NCBI GenBank assembly: GCA_030643545.1
Contig: DAOWLE010000022.1
Span: 1 to 57,570, forward strand
Length of the DNA stretch: 57,570 nucleotides
Reading direction: 5' to 3'
Source: a bacterium
GTDB taxonomy: Bacteria; Patescibacteriota; Minisyncoccia; JAHIHE01; DAOWLE01
In this document: in pieces, positions 44,590-53,939 of the stretch
Position numbering within the stretch: the first letter of the stretch is position 1
Layout: each line of letters starts with the position of its first letter
Program-made: the position numbers and the translations under genes
Notes under the pieces: model-generated
What the model was told of the DNA's origin: nothing
Database searches by the model: none
What the model saw: the letters and a program-made list of their open reading frames with translations, nothing else

Positions 44590-45204
44590 ATGAAAAATAT
44601 AAAAAAACAAAAAGGATTTACTCTGATTGAAACTATTGTTTTAATTTTTGTTTTTTCTTTAGCAATGGGAGCGATTACTACTTTTATTTTTTACGCTTAT
44701 AGAATTTCAGATTATGATTTCCAGCAGTCCCAAGCGATTAGAAACGCCCGCAATGGAATTGAAACGATGGTTGAAGAAATCAGGGAAGCCCAATCCGGAG
44801 ATGACGGTTCTTATATTTTAGAAAAAGCCGATGATCAGGAATTTATTTTTTACAGCGATATTGATAAAGATAATCACACAGAAAGAGTCCGCTATTTTTT
44901 AGAAGATTCAGTTTTGAAAAAAGAGATAACTAAGCCAACTGGCTCTCCGCCTGTTTATACAGACACAGAAGATCCTATTATTCTTTCGTCTTATGTCTGC
45001 AATGACGATACTCCGATTTTTACTTATTATAACGGCGACTGGCCCGGTGATGAAGTTAATAATCCTTTGCCGACTCCGACACGGCTGATAGAAACAAAAT
45101 TAATGCATGTTTATTTAAAAATAAATGTTGATCCAAGCCGAGCTCCAGTTAATTTTGAGTTAGAATCAAACGCGCAAATAAGGAATTTAAAAGATAATCT
45201 TTGA
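44590..45204 (+). CDS. Type IV pilin/pseudopilin (PilW-like)
   Basis: Class III signal KKQKG|FTLIE followed by a hydrophobic helix. Confidence 0.88.
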   Translation: MKNIKKQKGFTLIETIVLIFVFSLAMGAITTFIFYAYRISDYDFQQSQAIRNARNGIETMVEEIREAQSGDDGSYILEKADDQEFIFYSDIDKDNHTERVRYFLEDSVLKKEITKPTGSPPVYTDTEDPIILSSYVCNDDTPIFTYYNGDWPGDEVNNPLPTPTRLIETKLMHVYLKINVDPSRAPVNFELESNAQIRNLKDNL

Positions 45205-45230
45205 AAATTATAAATTTTTCAAAATCCAAA

Positions 45231-46748
45231 ATGAAAAATCAAAATCAAAAATTTAAAAAAGAATCAGGTTCAATATTAGTTTTGGTCATAGTTTTTGCCG
45301 CGGTTTTTACCACAATCGGAACCGGGCTTGTTGGAATGGTTTCCACCCAGCATAAATTGTCTTCCCAAAAAGTTGCTTCAAGGCAGGCGCTTCATATTGC
45401 CGAAGCCGGAATAAATTATTATCGCTGGCATTTAGCTCATGCTCCTGATGATTTTCAGGACGGAACCGGCGGATCCGGACCTTATATTCATGACTATAAA
45501 GATCCGGAAGGAACAGTGATTGGAAAATTTTCTTTAGAAATAACCGCTCCAAGCGGATGTGAATCAGCGATAAAAATCCAATCTACCGGATGGGCGTTAA
45601 GCCATCCGCAGACAAAACGAATAATACAAGTCAGATATGCGAAACAAGCTTTGGCAAAATACGCTTTTCTAACTAACGAGGATGTTTGGTTTGGCGATGA
45701 TGAAGGATTAAAAGGAGAATTTCATTCCAACGGCGGAATCAGAATGGACGGAACACAAAACTCAATAGCTCTCTCAGCAAAAGAAGATTATATCTGTCAA
45801 GGATGCCACGGCTGCTGCCCCCTTCCTTGTTCATGGAACGAAGGTTCAGGATGCTATTGTCCGATTGCCAATTGTAAAATAGATTGTCCGGATTTTGAGT
45901 GCCAAGATCCCTGCCATTGGGTGGAAGATGAAGGATGCGAATGTCCGGGAATTTGGGGAGAAGGCCATGGCGGACCAGACGGGCTTTGGCAGTTTTCAGT
46001 TCCGGTAATTGATTTTTTGAAAATCACCCAAAATTTAAAAACGCTTGAAACCGAAGCTCAAAGTTCTGGAATTTATTTAGGAAGTTCAGGATTGGGCTAT
46101 CATATTTATTTTAAAAATAACGGGACTTTTGATCTTTATCAGGTAACAAAAAAAAGGTCAAAAGTTTGGGGGTATAATGGCGAAAAATGGGTTCACCAAT
46201 CAAATGATATTCAAAATGAAACATTAATATTACCGCAAAATCGTCCTTTGCCTCCAAACTGCGCGCCGATTTTTGTCGCAGATGATGTTTGGGTTGACGG
46301 CGAAGTTAACGGCAGAGTTACTTTAGTGGCCGCTCGGCTTCCTGATTTTTCTCATAATAACGCAAAAATTATTATTAACGGCGATATAACTTATGCGAAT
46401 TCAAATTCTGTCTTGGGGCTGATCGGGCAAAAAGATATTTTAATCCCTTTTTATTCACCTAATGATTTAGTAATAGAAGCGGCAATGCTTGCCCAAAAAG
46501 GGCATGTTTTTCGTTATTATTATCCTTCATGGGAAAATCCTACTTATTATATTCGGGAAAATATTCACACTTTTGGTTCAATTATTACCAATACTGTTTG
46601 GACATTTAGCTGGACTGACGGAATAACAACCACTTCCGGCTACAGAAATACAGATATGAATTATGATTCTTCTTTAACTTTTAATCCTCCGCCATATTTT
46701 CCAACTGCCGGCGATTATCAATTTATTTCTTGGGAAGAAGTGGAATAA
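45231..46748 (+). CDS. PilX-like minor pilin with Cys-rich insert
   Basis: ESG|SILVLVIVF, ALHIAEAGINYY, C-terminal PPPYFP...SWEE; start 45201 or 45231. Confidence 0.8.
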   Translation: MKNQNQKFKKESGSILVLVIVFAAVFTTIGTGLVGMVSTQHKLSSQKVASRQALHIAEAGINYYRWHLAHAPDDFQDGTGGSGPYIHDYKDPEGTVIGKFSLEITAPSGCESAIKIQSTGWALSHPQTKRIIQVRYAKQALAKYAFLTNEDVWFGDDEGLKGEFHSNGGIRMDGTQNSIALSAKEDYICQGCHGCCPLPCSWNEGSGCYCPIANCKIDCPDFECQDPCHWVEDEGCECPGIWGEGHGGPDGLWQFSVPVIDFLKITQNLKTLETEAQSSGIYLGSSGLGYHIYFKNNGTFDLYQVTKKRSKVWGYNGEKWVHQSNDIQNETLILPQNRPLPPNCAPIFVADDVWVDGEVNGRVTLVAARLPDFSHNNAKIIINGDITYANSNSVLGLIGQKDILIPFYSPNDLVIEAAMLAQKGHVFRYYYPSWENPTYYIRENIHTFGSIITNTVWTFSWTDGITTTSGYRNTDMNYDSSLTFNPPPYFPTAGDYQFISWEEVE

Positions 46749-46755
46749 ATATTTT

Positions 46756-46770
46756 GGGTTCTTAACTCAG
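46756..46770 (+). repeat. Duplicated 5' fragment of tRNA-Val(GAC), att-like
   Basis: GGGTTCTTAACTCAG versus GGGTTCTTAGCTCAG at 47260. Confidence 0.6.
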
Positions 46771-46825
46771 CTTGCCCGCCAACACTCCGCGCATAATTTA
46801 TGCGCGGAGCTATTAAAAATTCAAA

Positions 46826-47254
46826 ATGCGAAAATGTCAATCTAAATTCAAAAAGAAACATTTATATACTTTGGCTATAGTTAGCGCTTTTATTGAAAGG
46901 AATAATAAATATCTTTTAATTTATGATCCAAGATTTAGTTGTTGGAGAATTCCGGGCGGTAAAGTAAATTTTGGAGAAAAAATTGAAAATGCACTTGCAA
47001 GAGAAATAAAAGAAGAATTAGGAGTGAAAATTATTATAGATAAATTTTTAGGTTTTGGACAAGATCAAATGATTTTTAAAAAGAAATTTCAAACATCAAG
47101 AGTTATCTTTTATTTTAAGTGTAAAATAAAATCTGATGAAATAAATCCTGACCAAAAAGAAATTTCAAAATATAGATGGCTATCTTTGCCTGAAATAAAA
47201 AAACATAGAAATTTAGAAGGAGCAATGAAAGATTATTTTAAAAGATTCTGTTAA
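46826..47254 (+). CDS. NUDIX hydrolase
   Basis: WRIPGGKVNFGEKIENALAREIKEELG. Confidence 0.9.
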   Translation: MRKCQSKFKKKHLYTLAIVSAFIERNNKYLLIYDPRFSCWRIPGGKVNFGEKIENALAREIKEELGVKIIIDKFLGFGQDQMIFKKKFQTSRVIFYFKCKIKSDEINPDQKEISKYRWLSLPEIKKHRNLEGAMKDYFKRFC

Positions 47255-47259
47255 AAATT

Positions 47260-47333
<74 letters not shown>

Positions 47334-47356
47334 CTTTTTAAAATTCCAAAATTTTA

Positions 47357-48310
47357 ATGACCAAAACTAATTTAAAAATTGAAAAAATAAAAGCCGGAGT
47401 TAGATTAGACAAATTTTTGGCGGAAAAGTTTCCACAGTATTCACGGCAGACAATCAAAAAAAATATTTCAGAAGGAAATATTTTAGTTAATAAAGAAAAA
47501 GTAAAGCCGAAATATATTTTAAAAGAAGACGATAAAATTTCAATTAAAATTTCTTTGCCGGAAAAAATAATTTTAAAACCTGATAGCTCTATCAAATTGA
47601 ATATCGTTTATAAAAATAAAGATGTAATTGTTATTGATAAACCGGCTGGAATGCTTGTCCATCCCGTTGAAAATTCTAAAATTAATCATAAAACTTTAGT
47701 GAATGCTTTATTAGCTTATTTTCCAAAAATAAAAAATGTCGGCGAGGATAAATTTCGTCCGGGAATTGTCCATCGTTTAGATAAAGAAACTTCAGGGCTT
47801 TTAATTGTCGCCAAGAATAATCAAGCATTTAATTATTTAAAAGAGCAGTTTCAAAAAAGAAAAATTGAAAAACATTATTTAGCGTTAGTTGCAGGAAAAT
47901 TAAAAAAAGAAAAAGGAGTAATTGAAAAACCAATTAGCCGTTCAAAAAAAACGCCGACAAAACAAATGATTGTTGAGAAAAATTTTACAGCGAAGAAAAT
48001 AAAGGAAGCAAAAACAGAATATAATGTTGTAAAAAGATTTGACGACTATACTTTAGTTAAAGCAATTCCGAAAACCGGGCGAATGCATCAAATCAGAATT
48101 CATTTTGCCAGCATAGGGCATCCAATTATCGGCGATAAAAAATATTCTTTTAAAAGGCAAAAAAAACTTTTAAAATTAGACCGCCACTTTCTCCACGCTG
48201 CCTACTTGAAATTTATTCTGCCTTGTGGTAGAATGATAGAACTGAAATCAAAGCTTCCAAAAGAGCTGGAAATAGCCCTAAAAACACTGGAAGATAGAAA
48301 GGATTTATGA
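47357..48310 (+). CDS. RluA/RluD family pseudouridine synthase
   Basis: S4 domain RLDKFL; DKPAGMLVHP; GIVHRLDKETSG; TGRMHQIRIH. Confidence 0.95.
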   Translation: MTKTNLKIEKIKAGVRLDKFLAEKFPQYSRQTIKKNISEGNILVNKEKVKPKYILKEDDKISIKISLPEKIILKPDSSIKLNIVYKNKDVIVIDKPAGMLVHPVENSKINHKTLVNALLAYFPKIKNVGEDKFRPGIVHRLDKETSGLLIVAKNNQAFNYLKEQFQKRKIEKHYLALVAGKLKKEKGVIEKPISRSKKTPTKQMIVEKNFTAKKIKEAKTEYNVVKRFDDYTLVKAIPKTGRMHQIRIHFASIGHPIIGDKKYSFKRQKKLLKLDRHFLHAAYLKFILPCGRMIELKSKLPKELEIALKTLEDRKDL

Positions 48311-48375
48311 TTTAAGATTTACGATTTACGAATTTTTCCTTTGTTTTATTTTTTTGTTGTTATCGGCTAACTTAT

Positions 48376-48506
48376 TGTCATTCCCGCCCCGTATCAGAGT
48401 ACGGGATAAACTCCGGCGGGAATCTCCGCCTACAGCGGATCAGCCGTAGGCTGACACTATTACAATAAATTATATTCGTAGATTCCCGTTTTCACGGGAA
48501 TGACAG
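48376..48506. repeat. Composite nested palindromic element, GTCATTCCC family
   Basis: TGTCATTCCCGCC...GGCGGGAATC...GATTCCCGTTTTCACGGGAATGACAG. Confidence 0.75.
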
Positions 48507-48536
48507 TTATTTGATAATTTAATAAATTTCAAGATT

Positions 48537-49061
48537 ATGAATCAATTAGACACTTTTACTAAATCGCAAATTGAAAAAGAACCGCCGTTGGTTAAGCCAG
48601 GGTGGGTTGTTAAAGTTTACCAAAAAATAAAAGAAGAAAGCGGCAAAGGAAAGAAAAAAAGCAAGAAATCCTCAGGCGAACGAATCCAGATTTTTGAAGG
48701 AACTGTTATTGCTGTAAAAGGCGGCAAAGGATTGAGCGCGACTTTTACTGTTCGCAAAGAATCTTACGGTGTTGGCGTTGAGCGCGTTTTCCCTTTGTAT
48801 TCTCCTCTGATTAAAAAAATTGAATTAGTCAAAAAAACAAAAGTCAGGCGGGCAAAACTTTATTATCTTCGCAAACTCACCGGCAAAAAACTTCGAGCAA
48901 GAGAAGTAATTGGCGGATTGAGTGGAAAAAATGGAAACAAGATTAAAAAAGAATCCGCCGACGCTTCTGCTGAAGCTATGGCGGACAAAGGAAAAAAGGA
49001 AGTGAAAGAAAAAGCAAAGAATGATGAAAAGAAAATTATTAAAGAAAAAGAGGAAAAGTAA
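48537..49061 (+). CDS. rplS: 50S ribosomal protein L19 with charged C-terminal extension
   Basis: [35 protein letters not shown]. Confidence 0.97.
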   Translation: MNQLDTFTKSQIEKEPPLVKPGWVVKVYQKIKEESGKGKKKSKKSSGERIQIFEGTVIAVKGGKGLSATFTVRKESYGVGVERVFPLYSPLIKKIELVKKTKVRRAKLYYLRKLTGKKLRAREVIGGLSGKNGNKIKKESADASAEAMADKGKKEVKEKAKNDEKKIIKEKEEK

Positions 49062-49076
49062 TTTTTCATTTGAAAC

Positions 49077-49159
49077 GCCCAGGTGGTGTAATTGGTAAAC
49101 ACGGCGGCTTGAGGAGCCGTGCCCTTTTGGGCGTGCGGGTTCGAGTCCCGCTCTGGGCA
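49077..49159 (+). tRNA. tRNA-Leu (GAG)
   Basis: Anticodon arm GCGGC-TTGAGGA-GCCGT; long variable arm GCCC-TTTT-GGGC. Confidence 0.93.
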
Positions 49160-49286
49160 CTATTCGCTTCGCTTAAGATCAAAAATTAAAAATCAAAATG
49201 CAAAAATAATTTTTAAAACTGCCAAAGAACCTGTTAAAAACACTGGCTCGAACCATATTTTAATTTTGGGGAAAAGAAAATTTATT

Positions 49287-49787
49287 ATGCCAACTACTAT
49301 AAACAAAAAAGCGCTGATCGTTGTAGATGTCCAAAATTATTTTGTAAATGATTATACTAAAAGTATTCCTAATAAGATAGCTAATTTTATCCAAAGTAGT
49401 AAATTTGATCTTGTGCTGTTTACAAAATTTGTTAATTACAAAAATTCCAATTTTTTTAAACTTTTAAATTGGAGAAAGTGTTTGTGTCCGCCCGATACAG
49501 ATATCCATCCGGTTCTTGTAAAATTTATTAATGATAATAATTTATTTAAAAAAGCAAGTTATTCTATTTTTAAGTCCGATAAATTAGTAAAAAGTTTAAA
49601 AAAGAGTAATATCAATCAAATATTCTTATGTGGTATTGATATTGATGCTTGTGTTTTATCCTCGGCTTTTGAAGGATTTGACTTAGGATATCAGGTTCAT
49701 ATTCTAAAAGATTTATCTTTAAGCCACTCAGGTAAAAAATTGGATAGTGCAGCATTTGAAATAATTAATAAGAATTTAGAAAAATAG
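49287..49787 (+). CDS. Isochorismatase/cysteine hydrolase family protein
   Basis: ALIVVDVQNYF, KASYS, CGIDIDACV; the ORF-track 5' extension overlaps tRNA-Leu and is spurious. Confidence 0.88.
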   Translation: MPTTINKKALIVVDVQNYFVNDYTKSIPNKIANFIQSSKFDLVLFTKFVNYKNSNFFKLLNWRKCLCPPDTDIHPVLVKFINDNNLFKKASYSIFKSDKLVKSLKKSNINQIFLCGIDIDACVLSSAFEGFDLGYQVHILKDLSLSHSGKKLDSAAFEIINKNLEK

Positions 49788-49807
49788 TAATTTGCCGTTA
49801 GATTTAT

Positions 49808-49993
49808 GGACGGTTAGCTCAGTTGGTAGCGCGTCTCGTTTATTCACCCTGTTAGATGTAAAAGGGCAATTAGCTCAGGGGTAGAGCGACTCGTTTACAC
49901 CGAGTAGGTCGTAGGTTCAAATCCTACATTGCCCACAAATATATCTAACGGGGCAAGCCGAGAAGGCCGCGGGTTCGAATCCTACATTGCCCA
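49808..49993 (+). pseudogene. Split outer tRNA-Val-like pseudogene (5' half 49808-49842, 3' half 49958-49993)
   Basis: GGACGGTTAGCTCAGTTGGTAGCGCGTCTCGTTTA ... CCGAGAAGGCCGCGGGTTCGAATCCTACATTGCCCA; anticodon stem TCTCG/CGAGA. Confidence 0.75.
49864..49935 (+). tRNA. tRNA-Val (UAC), nested inside the split tRNA
   Basis: GGGCAAT/ATTGCCC acceptor stem; ACTCG-TTTACAC-CGAGT; GTAGG-TTCAAAT-CCTAC. Confidence 0.95.
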
Positions 49994-50057
49994 CTCGTAA
50001 ACATTTATAAAATTATAAAATTTAAAAATAAAAAACGATTTAAAATCTAAAATTTAT

Positions 50058-50129
50058 TCTAGGGTAGCTCAGCGGTAGAGCAGGTGCCTGTTAAGCACTT
50101 GGTCGTGGGTTCGAATCCCTCCCCTAGAG
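50058..50129 (+). tRNA. tRNA-Asn (GUU)
   Basis: TCTAGGG/CCCTAGA acceptor stem; GGTGC-CTGTTAA-GCACT. Confidence 0.93.
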
Positions 50130-50254
50130 CATATTAAATAGGAAACTTTTTGTTTGGATAAGTTAGTTGCGCGCTAACCTTTTTAAAAACTTAATAAAGG
50201 AGAACAGTTTTGATAATTGATTTAATTTTTGATTAGAGATAGAAAAAAAGATAT

Positions 50255-51226
50255 ATGAATACAGTTATTGAAACAAAAAATTTAACTAAATACTATGGGA
50301 AGGATAGAGGAATTGAAAACCTCAATTTAGAAGTAAAAGAAGGGGAAATTTTTGGTTTTTTGGGTCCCAACGGCGCGGGGAAGACAACGACAATACGGCT
50401 TTTTTTGCGTCTTATAAATCCAACATCCGGAAAAGCGTTTATTTTTGGAAAGGATGTCAGCCAGCATTATGTTGATATTTTGCGCAATATTGGATATCTT
50501 TCCGGAGATTTGAATCTTTATGAAAAAATGTCTGGAAAAGAACTTTTAAATTTTTCTTCTTCGTTTTATAAAAAGAAAAACCTTTTTAAATTTAGGAAAG
50601 AGATTATAAAAAGATTAAAATGCAACCTTAACGCGCCGTTTAAAAAACTTTCCAAGGGTAATAAACAAAAGATAGGAGTTTTGTTAGCACTTTTTCACAA
50701 GCCGAAGTTATTAGTTTTAGACGAACCTACCGCAGGGCTTGATCCTTTAACTCAAAACGAACTTTATAAAATTTTGTTTGATTTGAAAAAAGAAGGAACA
50801 ACTGTTTTTCTTTCATCTCATAATCTTCCTGAGGTTGAAAAAGTTTGCGACAGAATAGGAATTATAAGAGAAGGAGAGCTTGTGGATGTGGAGACGATAG
50901 AGGAATTAAGGGCTCATCGAAAGAAAATAGCAGAGGTCCATTTTGAGGAGAGTTACAAGAAAGAAGATTTTTACAACCTTGAAGGTGCAGAAATTATAGA
51001 GGCAAGAGAAAATTTCCTACACCTTTATGTCAAAAGTTCTGCTATAAATTCGTTTTTAAAACTTTTGTCTGGTTATAAAATAAAAGATATTAATTTTTCC
51101 TATCCTGATTTGGAAAAGGTCTTTTTAAAGTATTATGAGAAACCTGCCTCTGCCCGAAATGCTATCGTTGCAGGCGGGCGCAATGCTTCCAGCATAGTTG
51201 AAGCAGGCGGGGAAAAAAATCAATGA
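50255..51226 (+). CDS. ABC-2 type transporter ATP-binding protein
   Basis: GPNGAGKTT, LSKGNKQK, LDEPTAGLDP, SSHNL. Confidence 0.95.
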   Translation: MNTVIETKNLTKYYGKDRGIENLNLEVKEGEIFGFLGPNGAGKTTTIRLFLRLINPTSGKAFIFGKDVSQHYVDILRNIGYLSGDLNLYEKMSGKELLNFSSSFYKKKNLFKFRKEIIKRLKCNLNAPFKKLSKGNKQKIGVLLALFHKPKLLVLDEPTAGLDPLTQNELYKILFDLKKEGTTVFLSSHNLPEVEKVCDRIGIIREGELVDVETIEELRAHRKKIAEVHFEESYKKEDFYNLEGAEIIEARENFLHLYVKSSAINSFLKLLSGYKIKDINFSYPDLEKVFLKYYEKPASARNAIVAGGRNASSIVEAGGEKNQ

Positions 51227-52032
51227 ACTTTTCTTTTTTTAAAAAAACAATCAAGGATTTTAAATGGAGCATTTTTTGGTATGGGCTGAGTGTTTTTCTG
51301 TACGGAGCTTTGATGGTCAGTTTTTTTCCTACGATGCGAGATATGGGCGAAGAGTTTGAAAAGTTAATGGAATCGTATCCTCCCGCTTTCCTTCAGGCTT
51401 TTGGAGTGGAGGATATAAGCAGCTTTAGCACTATTGAAGGGTTTTTATCGGTTGAATATCTTTCTTTTATCTGGGTTATTATTGTAGGAATTTTGCTTTT
51501 TACTCTGGGTGCGTCAATCGTTTCCGGAGAAATAGACAAAGGAACTTCTGAATTTTCGTTTACACTTCCTATAAAACGGCAAAAAATAGTTTTGGAAAAA
51601 TTCGCGGCGTCTTTTTTTATATCTTTGATTATAATTTTTATAACCTTAATCACTATTATAATCGGCGCTTATGTCGTCGGGGAAACTCCCCATTTTGAAG
51701 GATTCTTGGCTTTTTTTGCTGTTGCTTCGGCGCTATCTTTTTTCCTTTTGGCTTTTGCCACTTTTCTTTCTTCTTTTTCCAGCAGTAAAGGAAAAGTATA
51801 TGGCATTTGCGGAGGATTTTTTGCCCTTTCGTACGCCATTCATGTCCTTGTCGGAATAAGCGACAGAGCTTTGGATTTTTATTTCCTCTCGTTTTTTAAA
51901 TATTACGGCTCTCCGGGAGCTATTCTTACAAGCGGCAGCATTGACATTAGAAATATGGCAGTATTTTTAACGGCTGGCGCGATTTTTTTACTTCTCGGAC
52001 TTATGATTGCTGAAGGGAGAGATTTATTATAA
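51223..52032 (+). CDS. ABC-2 type transporter permease
   Basis: About 6 TM helices; GEIDKGT.E..FTLPIKR. Confidence 0.9.
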   Translation: MNFSFFKKTIKDFKWSIFWYGLSVFLYGALMVSFFPTMRDMGEEFEKLMESYPPAFLQAFGVEDISSFSTIEGFLSVEYLSFIWVIIVGILLFTLGASIVSGEIDKGTSEFSFTLPIKRQKIVLEKFAASFFISLIIIFITLITIIIGAYVVGETPHFEGFLAFFAVASALSFFLLAFATFLSSFSSSKGKVYGICGGFFALSYAIHVLVGISDRALDFYFLSFFKYYGSPGAILTSGSIDIRNMAVFLTAGAIFLLLGLMIAEGRDLL

Positions 52033-52233
52033 TTTGTTTTGTAAGATTTAAGCTATACTCCTTCGCTTTTCTAATTCCGATTTTACAAATTTCTAAAATT
52101 CTATTTTTTGTCTAAAATTGAACTAAAATTTTACACACGGCTTCGGAGCATATACTTAATTAGATAAACAAGGTAGTATATAATAAAATTAGAGATGATG
52201 ATTAAAGAAACATAAAAGAATATTCAAATCAAA

Positions 52234-53001
52234 ATGACAAACGGATTCAAAACAAAAGAAATAAATTTGCCAAGCTTGGGAGAGCAGCTGAAAAAAGCCC
52301 GGGAAGAACAGGGGGTTTCTTTGGAACAAGCGAGCAAAGCGACAAAAATTCAAATAAAATATTTGGATTTTTTAGAAAACGGAGAGTATGAAAAATTACC
52401 GGCTGATATTTATGTAAAAAGTTTTTTAAAAAGTTATACATCCTTTTTAAAAATAAATTCAGAAGATGCTGAAGCGCTTTTTAAAAAGGAAAAAAATATA
52501 GGAGAGAAACTGAAAGGAATATTTTTTAAAAAGCCAAAAGCAGTTTCTGAAAATCTTTCTAACTCTTCTTGCATGAAATTCGGGACGAACTTTTATAAAA
52601 AAGGAAATAATAAAGAAGAAAAAAACAAATTTTCTTTTGATAAAATTCCCTTTTTTGCCATTACTCCTAAAGCTCTTATTTTTGGATTAAGTATTATAAT
52701 TATTGCCGCAATTTCAATTTATTTTTTTTACCAATTAAGTTTTTTAACCAAACCTCCTGAACTTATTATTGAATATCCAAGCGAGGATTTGATTGTTAAT
52801 GAAGAAAAAATTTTAATCAAAGGAAAAACGCAAATAAACGCTGAAGTTTCTATTAATGGCGGCGGAGTTTGGCTTGATGAAAATGGTGTTTTTAATCAGG
52901 AACTTTTTCTTCAGGAAGGAATTAATATTATAAAAATTATCGCGGTTAATAAATTCGGCAGAAAAAATGAAATAATCAGAAAAATTATTTATGAAAAATG
53001 A
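52234..53001 (+). CDS. RodZ-like HTH membrane protein with C-terminal Ig-like domain
   Basis: LGEQLKKARE, YLDFLENGEYEKLPADIYVKSFLKSY, TM helix, LQEGINIIKIIAVN. Confidence 0.85.
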   Translation: MTNGFKTKEINLPSLGEQLKKAREEQGVSLEQASKATKIQIKYLDFLENGEYEKLPADIYVKSFLKSYTSFLKINSEDAEALFKKEKNIGEKLKGIFFKKPKAVSENLSNSSCMKFGTNFYKKGNNKEEKNKFSFDKIPFFAITPKALIFGLSIIIIAAISIYFFYQLSFLTKPPELIIEYPSEDLIVNEEKILIKGKTQINAEVSINGGGVWLDENGVFNQELFLQEGINIIKIIAVNKFGRKNEIIRKIIYEK

Positions 53002-53863
53002 TTTTCAAAAAATTTTCCCGGAAAGAAATCCTTGGTGCCACAAGGGACAATTCGGATATGTTTTAATTGTTGGCGGCGGCCGAGTTTATTCTGGCTCACC
53101 GATTTTTAATGCTGTTTCCGCTTTGAGATCCGGCGCTGATTTGACGATGATAATCACCAACCGCCGTGCCGCGGATATTGCGGCAAATTTCTCTCCGGAC
53201 ATTATCGCCCGCCCGCTTGATAGGGATTTAGACATAAAGCATACTGGAAAAATTATTTCTTTGTCAAAAAAATTTAATTCTTTAGTTATTGGCGGCGGAT
53301 TGCCAAGAGACAATAAAACTTATAAAGCAATAAAGGAGTTGATAAAAAAGATTGATTTGCCGATGGTTGTTGACGCTGAAGCGATTAGAGTTGTTGCTGA
53401 AGATAAAGAAATTTTGGAGAACAAAAAAGTTATTTTAACTCCTCATACTGAAGAATTCAGAATTTTGACTAATGAGAGCGTAGAGCGAAATATTAAAAAC
53501 AGAAAAGAAAAAGTTAAAAAATGGGCAAAAAAAATAGGAGCAATAATTTTGCTCAAAGGAAATGTTGATGTAATTTCTGACGGCGAAAAAGTTTTCTTAA
53601 ATGAAACTGGATCTCCTTTTATGACCAAAGGCGGATTTGGAGATACTTTGGCCGGAGTTTGCGGAGCAATACTTGCCAGAAAAATTGATTTATTGGAATC
53701 CGCCAGAGCGGCTGCGTTTATTAACGGCAAAGCCGGAGAAATGGCTGCGGAAATTTATAAAGAAGGATTAATGGCAAGCGATATTTTTAAATTTATACCA
53801 AAAGCGATAGAGCAAGTTAAAAGTGTAAAGTATAAAGTTGAAAGTCATAATCCAAAGTTTTAA
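52991..53863 (+). CDS. nnrD: ADP-dependent NAD(P)HX dehydratase
   Basis: HKGQFG, GG...YSGSP, VVDAEA, LTPHTEEF, MTKGGFGDTLAG. Confidence 0.92.
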   Translation: MKNDFQKIFPERNPWCHKGQFGYVLIVGGGRVYSGSPIFNAVSALRSGADLTMIITNRRAADIAANFSPDIIARPLDRDLDIKHTGKIISLSKKFNSLVIGGGLPRDNKTYKAIKELIKKIDLPMVVDAEAIRVVAEDKEILENKKVILTPHTEEFRILTNESVERNIKNRKEKVKKWAKKIGAIILLKGNVDVISDGEKVFLNETGSPFMTKGGFGDTLAGVCGAILARKIDLLESARAAAFINGKAGEMAAEIYKEGLMASDIFKFIPKAIEQVKSVKYKVESHNPKF

Positions 53864-53939
53864 ATTATAAATTAATTTAAAAAACTTTAAATTTTTAATT
53901 TTAACTTTGTACTTTTTAACTTTAAACTTTTAACTTCTA

